NCBI GenBank assembly: GCA_947167835.1
Contig: CAMVJO010000001.1
Location: 1-59,258 of the forward strand
DNA: 59,258 nt
Direction of reading: 5' to 3'
Source of the DNA: an uncultured Prevotellaceae bacterium
Lineage (GTDB): Bacteria; Bacteroidota; Bacteroidia; Bacteroidales; Bacteroidaceae
Made by a program: the position numbers and the translations under genes. Shown here piece by piece: positions 29,814-39,716 of this stretch. The stretch's first letter is position 1. Every line of letters starts with the position of its first letter. The notes beneath the pieces are model-generated. The model worked only from the letters and a program-made list of their open reading frames with translations. It ran no database searches and had not been told where the DNA came from.

Positions 29814-31035
29814 GAATACTCCTTACGATATAAATGCTTTGCGCGAGGATTTCCCCATTCTCTCCCGACAAGTCTATGATCGCCCGCTGGTATATCTCGA
29901 CAATGCCGCCACAACACAAAAACCCCGCTGCGTAGTCGATGCTATCAGCCGCGAATATTATTCTGTGAACGCAAATGTGCATCGTGGCATCCACTATTTA
30001 TCGCAGGAAGCCACACGACTGCACGAAGAGGCGCGCGAAACTATGCGTAGCTTCCTTAATGCGGCCAGTACCGCCGAGATAGTATTCACTCGCGGCACGA
30101 CAGAAAGTATTAACCTGCTGGCAACTTCATATGGCGAGACATTTCTGAAAGAAGGTGACGAGGTAATTGTCAGCGAGTCGGAGCACCATTCCAATATCGT
30201 GCCTTGGCAATTACTTCGCGACAGGAAAGGCATCGTTTTGAAGGTGATTCCTATCACCGATGCCGGAGAATTGGATTTCGATGCCTTCGAGAAACTCTTT
30301 TCCGACCGCACACGCCTCGTAAGTTTGGCACATGTCAGCAATGTGCTCGGCACCGTCAATCCCATTCGCCGCATTGCCGATATGGTTCACGCACATGGCG
30401 CTCATTTGATGGTAGATGCCGCACAGAGTGTGCCACATCGCCCTGTGGATGTCGCCGCTCTCGATTGCGACTTCCTGGCTTTCAGCGGCCACAAGGTATA
30501 TGGGCCGACAGGCATCGGCGTTCTCTACGGACGTGAGGCACTTCTCGAAAAAATGGTGCCATATCAAGGCGGCGGAGAGATGATTTCCAGAGTTTCCTTC
30601 GCACATACCACCTACGAACGCCTGCCTTATAAATTTGAAGCCGGCACTCCCGATTACGTAGGTACGCACGCTTTGGCAGTAGCCCTGGACTATGTGAATG
30701 GAATCGGGATGCAAAATATTCAGAAGCACGAGCAAATGCTCACGGCCTACGCTTTAGAGAAACTTTCTGCCGTTCCCGGAATTACTATCTACGGTCATGC
30801 TGCCGAGCGCGAGGGAGTAGTGGCATTTAACATCGAGGGAATCCATCATATGGACATGGGAACGCTACTTGATCGCCTTGGAATTGCCATTCGCACGGGG
30901 CACCATTGTGCACAACCCCTGATGCAGCATTTTGGCGTGGAGGGAATGATGCGTGCCTCCTTTGCATTGTATAATACCACCGAAGAAATAGATGCTCTCG
31001 CGGCAGGATTGAATCGTTTGCGCCAGATGTTTTAA
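29812..31035 (+). CDS. sufS: Cysteine desulfurase SufS
   Basis: 'YLDNAATTQKP', 'FSGHKVYGPTGIG', 'RTGHHCAQP'; ATG at 29812 preferred over the GTG at 29758. Confidence 0.95.
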   Translation: MNTPYDINALREDFPILSRQVYDRPLVYLDNAATTQKPRCVVDAISREYYSVNANVHRGIHYLSQEATRLHEEARETMRSFLNAASTAEIVFTRGTTESINLLATSYGETFLKEGDEVIVSESEHHSNIVPWQLLRDRKGIVLKVIPITDAGELDFDAFEKLFSDRTRLVSLAHVSNVLGTVNPIRRIADMVHAHGAHLMVDAAQSVPHRPVDVAALDCDFLAFSGHKVYGPTGIGVLYGREALLEKMVPYQGGGEMISRVSFAHTTYERLPYKFEAGTPDYVGTHALAVALDYVNGIGMQNIQKHEQMLTAYALEKLSAVPGITIYGHAAEREGVVAFNIEGIHHMDMGTLLDRLGIAIRTGHHCAQPLMQHFGVEGMMRASFALYNTTEEIDALAAGLNRLRQMF

Positions 31036-31306
31036 GGGTTGTTCTAAAAATTAGGCTGTTTTGATTTGCTTACACTCTCTATACGTTTGTTCCTGCAACC
31101 CGCAGAGCTTCACCCTACGGGGCAGACAACAAACAGAGTGTGCGCGAAGAATTCAAAGATTTTTGAGTGATTTTGTTTTTAATGCCGCAGAAGCATAGCA
31201 AGCTATGGTTCAAGGAATTAAAGACAATGGCGCCAAAAAGATTGAAAAAGCATACAGACCAAAAAAAGCTTCACAAAATTTTAAAACCTAATTTTTAGAA
31301 CTACCC
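31036..31306. mobile_element. MITE-like element, long form (271 bp)
   Basis: Same TIRs; TTAA on both flanks (the left TTAA includes the sufS stop codon); differs from the 27009 copy only at the A-run (A9 vs A7G) by eye. Confidence 0.82.
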
Positions 31307-31366
31307 TTAAGAATGTCCCGCGCTGTTCGGATTTATCGCTTAGATATTTGGATTTTGTAGGATTAT

Positions 31367-31452
31367 TCGAGACTTTTCCTTGGCGATAGGCCATGAAATA
31401 AGGCAGATATCCTAAAAACGCACGAAGTATCGAGACTTTTCCTTGGCGATAG
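31367..31452. repeat. 23-bp direct repeat, 63-bp period
   Basis: TCGAGACTTTTCCTTGGCGATAG at 31367-31389 and 31430-31452. Confidence 0.75.
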
Positions 31453-31543
31453 CCTATGTTTCATGCCGAGTTTTTCGGAATATTTGGAAGTAATGTAGTT
31501 TTTGCCAGCAGGAAATTCCAGTTTTTGTCAATCTTTTAGAAAA

Positions 31544-32164
31544 ATGCACCCACAATTATTACCTTTGTTCAACGAAAACGGACTGATTGAGGCAGGTTGC
31601 GATGAAGCAGGCCGAGGAAGTTTGGCCGGAAGCGTATATGCTGCGGCGGTAATCCTACCTCCTGATTACGAAAACGCAGAACTGAACGATTCCAAGCAAC
31701 TTACGTTGAAAAAGCGCCTGGAACTCCGCGAACAAATCCAACGTGATGCTATTTCGTGGAGCGTTGGCGTAGTAACTGCCGAAGAAATCGATCAGATTAA
31801 CATACTTCGCGCAAGTATTCTCGCCATGCATCGCGCTTTGGACGGACTGAAAGTGCGCCCGCAGTACGTTATTGTCGATGGAAACCGCTTTTATCCATAT
31901 CACGACGTACCTTTCACCACGATAGTCAAGGGTGATGCAAAATACCTCTCCATTGCTGCCGCCAGTATCTTGGCTAAAACTTATCGCGACGAATATATGG
32001 AGCATTTGCACGAGGAATTTCCCTATTATGGCTGGGATCACAATGCAGGTTACCCCACAAAGGAACATCGCGACGGGATTCGCCAGCATGGTCTCACACC
32101 TTATCACCGGAAGTCCTACAATCTCTTGGGAGATGGGGCAACTCAGTTGGAATTTGACTTCTGA
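31544..32164 (+). CDS. rnhB: Ribonuclease HII
   Basis: 'GCDEAGRGSLAGSV', 'LNDSKQL', 'KGDAKYLSIAAASILAK', 'HRKSY'; ATG at 31544. Confidence 0.95.
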   Translation: MHPQLLPLFNENGLIEAGCDEAGRGSLAGSVYAAAVILPPDYENAELNDSKQLTLKKRLELREQIQRDAISWSVGVVTAEEIDQINILRASILAMHRALDGLKVRPQYVIVDGNRFYPYHDVPFTTIVKGDAKYLSIAAASILAKTYRDEYMEHLHEEFPYYGWDHNAGYPTKEHRDGIRQHGLTPYHRKSYNLLGDGATQLEFDF

Positions 32165-32332
32165 AAATCTTCGGATATCGCGGAAAAAGCGAAGAATATG
32201 CCGTAAAAAGACAAAAAAACGCGAAATCCTTTTGTCAATCCTTAAAAAAGTCTTTACTTTGTCGTTCACTTGGAAGTTTTGCGCGCAGCAAAATTTCAAT
32301 AGTGTAGATTACTGAATAGAAAAACCATAATC

Positions 32333-34441
32333 ATGGAAGAAAACAAAGCCGTTGTCGCTGAACAGGTCGCTCCTGAAGTTCCTGTTTCAGCAAGCACTGA
32401 AAATTCTGAACAGGCTAATGCCAAAGTTCAGGAAGTAACTCAAGAAGAAGTTTCGGAAAACGTAGTAGAAGAACCCGCTGTTGCAGAACAGCCCGCACCT
32501 GCTGTGGAAGAAGTGGCAATTCCTGTTGAAGAAGTCGCCGCTCCCGTTGCCGCTCCCGCAGTTCCCGCAGAAGATGTGGCACCTCTCGCAGAAGATGTCC
32601 CTGCTCTCGCAGAAGAAGAGGCACCTCTCACCGAGGATGTGGCAGCAGAGGCCGAAGAAGTGGCCGAAGCCGATTTTGCCGTGCCCGCTACGAAGGCCGA
32701 AGTGGTAGAACGTTTACAAGAACTGGCAGCCAGCGAGAAGGATGTGGAACGTGCCGAACTCGAAGCCCTCAAACAGGCATACTATCGCCTGCATAAGGCC
32801 GAGGTAACGGCAGCCCGCGAACAGTTTGTGGCCGATGGCGGCGAAGCCGACGCCTTTATGCCGCAGCCCGACGCCACTGAGGAAGCTTTCAAGGAAGCTC
32901 TCAATCGCGTGAAGGAACTTCGCCTGCGTTCTGCCGAACGTGACGAAAAAGAAAAGCAGCAAAACCTGAAACGCAAGTTGGAAATCATCGAGAAGATCAA
33001 GGAAATGACGGTCAGCGCCGACGTTGCCGACAAGTCCTACAACGATTTCAAGCAGTTGCAGGCCGAATGGAAAGAATTGGGCCAGGTTCCTGCCGAACGC
33101 GCCACAGAACTTTGGAAAACATACCAACTTCAGGTAGAACAGTTCTACGATCAGTTGCGTTTGAACAACGAATTCCGTGCATACGACTTCAAGAAAAATC
33201 TTGAAATCAAGACTCATCTTTGCGAGGCCGCCGAAAAACTGGCCGATGTCGAAGATCCCGTTTCTGCCTTCCACCAATTGCAGCAGTTGCACGCACAATT
33301 CCGCGAAGCAGGCCCCGTTGCCAAAGATTTGCGCGAGGAAATCTGGACAAGATTCAAGGCTGCTTCGACTTTAGTCAATAAGCGTCATCAGGAACACTTC
33401 GAGAAACTCAAGGAACAAGAGGAAGAAAACCTGAAAAAGAAGACAGAACTCTGCGAACGTCTGGAAGCCATCGACCTGAGTCAGGCAAAGACTTTCAACG
33501 ACTGGGAGAAACTCACGAAACAGGTGATAGACCTTCAGAATGAGTGGCGCACCATCGGTTTCACTCCCAAGAAGGTGAACGCAAAGATATTTGAACGTTT
33601 CCGCGCCGCCTGCGATAAATTTTTCCAGCAGAAGGCCGAATATTTCAAGCAGTTGCGTGAGACGTGGGCTGCGAATCTGGCCGAGAAAAACCGCCTGATT
33701 GAAGAAGCAGAGGCGCTGAAGGAAAGCACAGACTGGAATGCTACGGCAAACAAGCTGGTAGAATTGCAGAAGCAGTGGAAGAACATCGGTCCTACTGCCC
33801 ACAAAGTTTCGGAAGCTGTATGGAAGCGCTTCAACGAGGCGTGCAACACATTCTTTGAGCGCAAGAATGCCGCAACAAGTGGCCAGCGCGAGGAGGAAAA
33901 TGCCAACCTGGAAAAGAAAAACCAGATTATCGAAAAACTTGAGGCGCTCCTTGTAGAAGGTGCTCAGGACGCACAGGAGAAACTCACGGAACTCACCCAA
34001 CTTTGGAACGAGACGGGACATGTACCCTTCCGCAAAAAAGATGCTGTCATCAAGCGATATCATGCTGCCGTCGATAGATTGCGCACAGAGTTGCACATCA
34101 GCGCCGGTCGCCGTAATATGGAGAAATTCCGCACGCAGGTATCGCAGAAAGTGGGCAGCGAACTGGAGCGTGAGTACCTGAGACTGAAGAATCTCTTCGA
34201 TACAAAGAAAGAAGAGGTCGTGAATTATGAAACCAACCTCTCGTTCTTTAATAGTAAGTCGAAGAAAGGCAGTGCCATCGTGGACGATATCCAGAAGAAG
34301 CTTGATCGCCTGAAAGAGGAACTCGACACGCTTAACGAAAAGATCAAGACTGTTCGTGAGCAAATCAAGGCTGAGAAACAGCCCGCTCCCGAGACACCAG
34401 CCGAACCTGCTGAAACACCCGCAGAAGAGGCTGCAGAATAA
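32333..34441 (+). CDS. DUF349 domain-containing protein
   Basis: Repeated 'LQxEWKxxG.VP....ELWxRF' modules typical of DUF349; acidic low-complexity N-terminus. Confidence 0.88.
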   Translation: MEENKAVVAEQVAPEVPVSASTENSEQANAKVQEVTQEEVSENVVEEPAVAEQPAPAVEEVAIPVEEVAAPVAAPAVPAEDVAPLAEDVPALAEEEAPLTEDVAAEAEEVAEADFAVPATKAEVVERLQELAASEKDVERAELEALKQAYYRLHKAEVTAAREQFVADGGEADAFMPQPDATEEAFKEALNRVKELRLRSAERDEKEKQQNLKRKLEIIEKIKEMTVSADVADKSYNDFKQLQAEWKELGQVPAERATELWKTYQLQVEQFYDQLRLNNEFRAYDFKKNLEIKTHLCEAAEKLADVEDPVSAFHQLQQLHAQFREAGPVAKDLREEIWTRFKAASTLVNKRHQEHFEKLKEQEEENLKKKTELCERLEAIDLSQAKTFNDWEKLTKQVIDLQNEWRTIGFTPKKVNAKIFERFRAACDKFFQQKAEYFKQLRETWAANLAEKNRLIEEAEALKESTDWNATANKLVELQKQWKNIGPTAHKVSEAVWKRFNEACNTFFERKNAATSGQREEENANLEKKNQIIEKLEALLVEGAQDAQEKLTELTQLWNETGHVPFRKKDAVIKRYHAAVDRLRTELHISAGRRNMEKFRTQVSQKVGSELEREYLRLKNLFDTKKEEVVNYETNLSFFNSKSKKGSAIVDDIQKKLDRLKEELDTLNEKIKTVREQIKAEKQPAPETPAEPAETPAEEAAE

Positions 34442-34471
34442 TCTTTTCGGCACAGTAGCGATTACCAAAAT

Positions 34472-34509
34472 CGGAGTATTCGGAATTATCTGAATACTCC
34501 GTTTTTTTT
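34472..34509 (+). terminator. Intrinsic terminator of the DUF349 gene
   Basis: CGGAGTATTC-GGAATTATCT-GAATACTCCG followed by T8. Confidence 0.75.
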
Positions 34510-34563
34510 GTGGCGGGGTTTCAGTATCGTGGCTGCGCCTTTTGCTAAAATGGCGCAGCCACT

Positions 34564-34712
34564 CGTTATACCGTCATACCGTTATCACGTTATAACGGAC
34601 TCTTTGCGATTATTTTCTGGGGGAAATAGGTTTAATGGGCTATATGGGCTATATGGGGCTGGAGATGGGAAAAATTAGCTCGGAGCTAATTTTTTTTATC
34701 TCCGAGCTATTT
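34564..34712. repeat. Composite intergenic repeat (8-bp CGTTATnn array + 9-bp ATGGGCTAT array + 21-bp TAGCTCGGAGCTA-type units)
   Basis: Same module order as at 58636-58820. Confidence 0.75.
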
Positions 34713-35564
34713 TTACAGAGTGGCGATGATGATGCGGTTTTTGCCCATTTCATCGGTGGTTTTCATGCATTTGTAACCGAAATCGATGAATAATTTCTCG
34801 GTTTCGTCAGGCAGGTTTTCGTTCATCTCGCATACGATGCTGCCGCCAGGGAGTAAACTGTTTTTACCGAGGCGGGCCAGGGCGCGATAGAAGAGCAACG
34901 GATCTTCATCGCTCACAAAGAGTGCGGTGTGTGGCTCATATTCCAGTACGTTGCAGTGCATTTCCGTTTTTTCCAACTCCCGCACATAAGGAGGATTGCT
35001 CACGATGAGGTGATACCGCTCTTCGGACGCATTGTCGCAACATTGCAATACGTCGGCATGGACGAAACGCACGTCTGTGCCGATGCGCTCGGCATTTTCG
35101 CGGGCTACTCGCAACGCAGCCTCGGAGATGTCCCACGCTGTGACGCAGGCTTTATTGTTAAGGTAGTATTGCAGGGCGATAGCTATGCACCCGCTGCCCG
35201 TTCCTACGTCGAGAATGTGCGGTTGCTCCGTGCCGTTGAGTTGTATCAGGGAAGCCTGTACCAATGTCAGCGTTTCGGGGCGCGGTATCAGTACATCACG
35301 GTTCACTACGAAGGACAGTCCGCCGAAATCTGCCGTGCCCAGAACGTATTGCACGGGTTCGCCTTGCGATAGCCTTTGGCAAATATTCTGTAAATTCTCG
35401 TTGTCGTTTCCCGAAAAATCACTATCTTTGTCCAGATAAACATCTGTCTGGCTCAATCCGAACCTTTTTCCGAGCACCAGTAAGGCAATGGAACGTGCCT
35501 CGGACTCCTGATAAATAGGGCGGAGGACAGACATCAGAGTTTGATACATTTCAGCAGTTTTCAT
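34713..35564 (-). CDS. prmC: Release factor glutamine methyltransferase PrmC/HemK
   Basis: 'GEPVQYVLG', 'VLIPRPET', 'LDVGTGSGCIA', 'VSNPPY'. Confidence 0.95.
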   Translation of the reverse strand: MKTAEMYQTLMSVLRPIYQESEARSIALLVLGKRFGLSQTDVYLDKDSDFSGNDNENLQNICQRLSQGEPVQYVLGTADFGGLSFVVNRDVLIPRPETLTLVQASLIQLNGTEQPHILDVGTGSGCIAIALQYYLNNKACVTAWDISEAALRVARENAERIGTDVRFVHADVLQCCDNASEERYHLIVSNPPYVRELEKTEMHCNVLEYEPHTALFVSDEDPLLFYRALARLGKNSLLPGGSIVCEMNENLPDETEKLFIDFGYKCMKTTDEMGKNRIIIATL

Positions 35565-35643
35565 GGGGAGGGGTATCTTTAAGTTTGCTGCAAAGTTCGT
35601 TAAAACTGCCGTAATACATAGGAAAAATCAAAAAAAAATAATT

Positions 35644-38600
35644 ATGCTTCGACTAAAAAAACTCTTAGCGTTCGTTTTCCTCTTTCTGAGCCTTACCATT
35701 TGTGCGCAGAACGTGAATCTCACTCCTTGGCCCAAGACAATGACCGTCAAGAGCGGTACGTGGACACTTCCCACGCCGTTATCTATCACTACCGACGGCC
35801 TTTCGGATGAGGAAATGACAGAAGTGCATAAATTCGCGGCACAATTCGGCACTTTAGTCGATGGAACGCCCACTATCAACGAAGGCGATGCCAATATGAC
35901 CGTCCGCCACAGCGCTACCGACCTTGGCAACGAGGCTTACAAGTTGGAAATCTCCGCTAATGGCGTGACCATTGAGGCCAGCACGCCACGAGGTCTGTTT
36001 TATGCCTTTCAGTCGTTCATTATGATGCTGCCCAGCAATACCAAAGCCGGAAAGCACGAAGAAACGGCCATTACCCTGCCTTATGTCTCCATTAACGATG
36101 CCCCTACCTTCCAGTATCGCGGATTTATGCTCGACGTGAGCCGCCATTTTTGGACGGTAAAGGAAATTAAGAAGATACTACGCGTGATGGCTGCCTATAA
36201 AATGAACTATTTCCACTGGCATCTTACTGATGACCAAGGGTGGCGCGTAGAAATCAAGAAGTATCCCAAACTTACCACCGTGGCAGCTACCAGAGACAAC
36301 TCGTATTCTACCGATATGCAGTACGGACAATACTGGTTGAACCAGCAATACGGTCCTTACTTCTACACACAGGAGGAAATCAAGGAGGTAGTGGATTATG
36401 CCGCCGACATGCACATCACCGTAGTGCCCGAAATAGAAATGCCCGGCCACTTTGCCGCTGCTGTCACGGCATATCCCGAATTTAGCTGCAACCCAAACGG
36501 AAGTCACGGCGTATGGAACAGCGGCGGCATCTCAACTGATGTGCTGAATGTCGCCAATAACGATGCGGTTCAGTTTGCTAAAGATATTTTATCGGAGATT
36601 GTTCCGCTCTTTCCGTGCGACTTTATTCATATAGGTGGCGACGAAACGCCCACTACTGCCTGGCAAAACAATGCAGAGTGCAAGGCTTTGTATCAAGCCG
36701 AGGGAATGACGAGTTATTCGCAGCTGCAAAGTCGTTTTACCAAGCAGATAGCCGATTTCCTCAAGGAGAAAGGCAAACGTATTGCCGTATGGAACGAGGC
36801 TGTCACGGCAAGTGGCGCCAATACCGACATGATAAAGGAATCCAATGCCACAGTATATTGCTGGAATCCCTGCCAATCGGGGGCTTTGAAGGCAGCAAAC
36901 TTAGGACTGAACGCCATTATCACGAATTATGGCACGGACGGCTGCTATTACATCAACCGTCGCGCCAATTCGCTGGACTATGGTGCAGGACAGGGCGGCG
37001 ACAATCTGCAAAAGACCTACAACTACGTGCCGTTGCCCTCGAGTGTGGCAACAGACCTCCAGAAATATTTCATGGGAGTCCAGGGTTGTTTCTGGTGTGA
37101 GCACGTTTCTGACACGTTACACTTGGAACATCTGGCCCTTCCCCGACTTATGGCCATTGCTGAGGCAGGTTGGACACCACAGAGCCGCAAGAACTTTACG
37201 CAGTTCGTCAATCGCATGAAGCAAGACACGGCTATGTTGCGGTATATGGGACTGAATTTCCATCCGCAGTTCATTGCCTACGAAGGAGCCGAACCTACGA
37301 GCGAGGAAGGCAGGGTAATGCCCAAGACTTCGACGGCAGCGAAAAGTTACTACTACCAAATTTCGTCTATCGCCACGACAGGCAGTCGTAGCGGCCGTTG
37401 CATAGAACTGATCAGGGAGGGTTCGTCGCTTATCACGGAGTATAGCGGAAAAGGTGCGTCGGTAGATAAACTTTGGACGAACACCGCAGCAACAAGTGGC
37501 GCGGCAAATTACGATTACCAGCTATGGGCGTTAGAATCCGACCCCAATGGCAGCGGAAAGTACGCCCTCGTTTGCAAAGCAAGCCCAGACGGTTCGGTAA
37601 AAGCCCAAGCCAGTGCCAACGGAACCGGAGGAAGATGGACGTATGACCACGCTACGAAATATTATAACTTCACTCTGGCCGACAATGGCTACGGAAAATC
37701 CGGCGATAACTACTATTATACGATAAAGAGCGACGCTCAGTCGTGTTATATGAACTGTGCCATGCAGAATCCCGGATATCCCGTGAATTTATATAGCAAC
37801 CCTGCTGACGGACAGGGAGGTTACTGGGCTTTTGTCCCCACTTTTGAAGATTCGGGCGTAAGTCTTGCAGATTTGCTCCGCGAAGCCCGCGCCATTCTCT
37901 CGAAGGCGAAAGGATATGCCACGGAAACCGAAAAAATGCCCGGACTTTTCAGTACGGAAAAACTGGAGAACCTGCGCTTAGACGTGGAGAAAGAAAACGT
38001 AGTGGAGGACGAGTTGCAAACGGCTCTGGACGAAGCGAAGGAATCGTTTGCCTTTCCTGAAAAAAGTCAGACCTATCTCGTAGTAAACTCCACGAAAGAA
38101 TATGAAGGCGAGGCACTTACCGACGTTCGTGGCGCATCCTATCTCACGCACTCCGCAGAACCATTCGATAACAACGCATGGATGGTGAAATCTATCGGAC
38201 AATTTGATGGGTTTACGGCAAAATTCAACCTGCAAAACGTAGCAACGAAACGTTATGTGGGCAAACCTGCCGATAGTAGCACAGGTAAGTTGGGTAACCT
38301 CGTAGGTTTGGGTTCCAATGTGCTCCAGATTACGTATTTGCCCGCCGAGGGAGATTTCCAAATCAGCACGAATGATATGAAGTACTACCCCATTTCCGAA
38401 AAGTCAGTCAGCAATCCAGGTACGGTGGCAGCAACTACAGAAGCCCTCCGACCGCAAGGCACGGGATGGACGTTTATTCCCGTAAAGGTGCTGACTTATA
38501 TCTGCCAGGACGGAGAAGGAAATGAATTGGGACGATATACCTACAGCTGTCCCCTTACGGATTTGACGAATCCCCTGCTCCCCACATTTGAAGGCTACAG

Positions 38601-38793
38601 TATCGGGAAAATAGACATTGATACCGATGGCGTAACCTACACTATTACTTATACCCTGGGTGCTACGGGCATCAACAGCATAGGAAAAACACCCGAAGCC
38701 GGTGGTCTCTACGACTTGCAGGGACGCCGATTGCAACGCATCCCACAACGCGGGGTGTATATCCGCAATGGCGTGAAGGTTATTCGGAAATAG
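35644..38793 (+). CDS. GH20 beta-N-acetylhexosaminidase with long C-terminal extension and T9SS-type CTD
   Basis: 'RGFMLDVSRHF', 'FHWHLTDDQGWR', 'PEIEMPGH', catalytic 'HIGGDE'; C-terminal 'YDLQGRR...GVYIRNGVKVIRK'; likely start MLRLKK at 35644. Confidence 0.9.
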   Translation: MLRLKKLLAFVFLFLSLTICAQNVNLTPWPKTMTVKSGTWTLPTPLSITTDGLSDEEMTEVHKFAAQFGTLVDGTPTINEGDANMTVRHSATDLGNEAYKLEISANGVTIEASTPRGLFYAFQSFIMMLPSNTKAGKHEETAITLPYVSINDAPTFQYRGFMLDVSRHFWTVKEIKKILRVMAAYKMNYFHWHLTDDQGWRVEIKKYPKLTTVAATRDNSYSTDMQYGQYWLNQQYGPYFYTQEEIKEVVDYAADMHITVVPEIEMPGHFAAAVTAYPEFSCNPNGSHGVWNSGGISTDVLNVANNDAVQFAKDILSEIVPLFPCDFIHIGGDETPTTAWQNNAECKALYQAEGMTSYSQLQSRFTKQIADFLKEKGKRIAVWNEAVTASGANTDMIKESNATVYCWNPCQSGALKAANLGLNAIITNYGTDGCYYINRRANSLDYGAGQGGDNLQKTYNYVPLPSSVATDLQKYFMGVQGCFWCEHVSDTLHLEHLALPRLMAIAEAGWTPQSRKNFTQFVNRMKQDTAMLRYMGLNFHPQFIAYEGAEPTSEEGRVMPKTSTAAKSYYYQISSIATTGSRSGRCIELIREGSSLITEYSGKGASVDKLWTNTAATSGAANYDYQLWALESDPNGSGKYALVCKASPDGSVKAQASANGTGGRWTYDHATKYYNFTLADNGYGKSGDNYYYTIKSDAQSCYMNCAMQNPGYPVNLYSNPADGQGGYWAFVPTFEDSGVSLADLLREARAILSKAKGYATETEKMPGLFSTEKLENLRLDVEKENVVEDELQTALDEAKESFAFPEKSQTYLVVNSTKEYEGEALTDVRGASYLTHSAEPFDNNAWMVKSIGQFDGFTAKFNLQNVATKRYVGKPADSSTGKLGNLVGLGSNVLQITYLPAEGDFQISTNDMKYYPISEKSVSNPGTVAATTEALRPQGTGWTFIPVKVLTYICQDGEGNELGRYTYSCPLTDLTNPLLPTFEGYSIGKIDIDTDGVTYTITYTLGATGINSIGKTPEAGGLYDLQGRRLQRIPQRGVYIRNGVKVIRK

Positions 38794-38819
38794 CGGAAAG
38801 ACTTCCGCAATATAATCAT

Positions 38820-38858
38820 GGCAGCGCTGGTTTTCACATGAAACAGCGCTGCCTTTTT
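38820..38858 (+). terminator. Intrinsic terminator after the GH20 gene
   Basis: GGCAGCGCTG...CAGCGCTGCC followed by TTTTT. Confidence 0.65.
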
Positions 38859-39040
38859 GGGGGAAGCACCGGAGACGGTTCTCAGATCGCGATGGAATCG
38901 CTTGCAAACGACGAAGAACGGTGCAGAAAGGCTGGGAAATGGGCATCAAACGGAGATTGAAATCATTTCGGATGCGTGCAACTTTTTTGTTGTGCGGCTA
39001 ATTTTTGAATCACGCTGGGGTATTTTTCAGGTTTTTTCCG

Positions 39041-39048
39041 TAATTTTG
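39041..39048 (+). promoter_or_regulatory. -7 promoter element of the tRNA
   Basis: TAATTTTG 8 nt before the tRNA 5' end. Confidence 0.65.
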
Positions 39049-39056
39049 CACTCGCT

Positions 39057-39128
39057 GCCTTGGTAGTTCAACGGATAGAATAGGAGTTTCCTAAACTCTA
39101 GATCGGGGTTCGATTCCCCGCCGAGGTA
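39057..39128 (+). tRNA. tRNA-Arg (anticodon CCT)
   Basis: Acceptor stem GCCTTGG/CCGAGGT, D-arm GTTC..GAAT, anticodon arm GGAGT-TTCCTAA-ACTCT, T-loop TTCGATT; CCA not encoded. Confidence 0.95.
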
Positions 39129-39133
39129 CGAAG

Positions 39134-39170
39134 AAAGGGAAGCACGAAAACATTTCGTTGCTTCCCTTTT
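39134..39170. terminator. Terminator hairpin between the tRNA and the convergent YqeY-family gene
   Basis: AAAGGGAAGC-ACGAAA..TTTCGTT-GCTTCCCTTTT. Confidence 0.7.
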
Positions 39171-39259
39171 GTTGTGGTTTGCTGAAAGAACTTCAGCGAT
39201 TTTCCCTCAATCTTGATAAGGTCTTTCTGAGAAAAAAATGAAATTCCCAGGACACCCCG

Positions 39260-39709
39260 TTATTGATTGAGCAGTCTTTTCACGGTATCGGCAATAGCGC
39301 GTCCGTCAGCCTTGCCAGCCAACGATTTTTGTGCGGCGCCCATCACTTTTCCCATGTCGCGCGGACCTTGTGCTCCCACTTCGACAATGATTTGCTTGAG
39401 GCAGGCTTCGAGTTCCTCGGCACTCATTTGTTTTGGCAGGTACTCTTTGAGCACTACTACCTGTGACATTTCCTCTTCTGCCAGGTCGGGACGATTTTGC
39501 TCCGTGTAAAGTTGCGCGGTGTCCTCGCCTTGTTTCACAAGTTTCTGGAGAATCTTCAGAGCTGCGGCATCGTCGAGCGTATCATTGGCGCCCGGAGCCG
39601 TTTTTGCTTCAATAAAATATTTCTTTGCGTTGCGCAATGCCATTGTACGAGCCTTATCTTTGGCTTTCATGGCTGCAAGAATGTCTTTGCTTATCTGATC
39701 AAATAACAT
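39260..39709 (-). CDS. GatB/YqeY domain-containing protein
   Basis: 'MLFDQISKDILAAMKAKD', 'YLPKQMS', 'DMGKVMG...GKADG'; start placed at 39709 to avoid overlap with ftsZ. Confidence 0.9.
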   Translation of the reverse strand: MLFDQISKDILAAMKAKDKARTMALRNAKKYFIEAKTAPGANDTLDDAAALKILQKLVKQGEDTAQLYTEQNRPDLAEEEMSQVVVLKEYLPKQMSAEELEACLKQIIVEVGAQGPRDMGKVMGAAQKSLAGKADGRAIADTVKRLLNQ

Positions 39710-39716
39710 ATGAATA

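Noticed and set aside
21272-31306. MITE copies as autonomous IS elements
   Set aside because: Only 186-272 bp with no transposase ORF; the mobilising family cannot be assigned from this window.
39057-39128. tRNA-Arg as integration site of an island
   Set aside because: No duplicated tRNA 3' end noticed and no integrase in the window.
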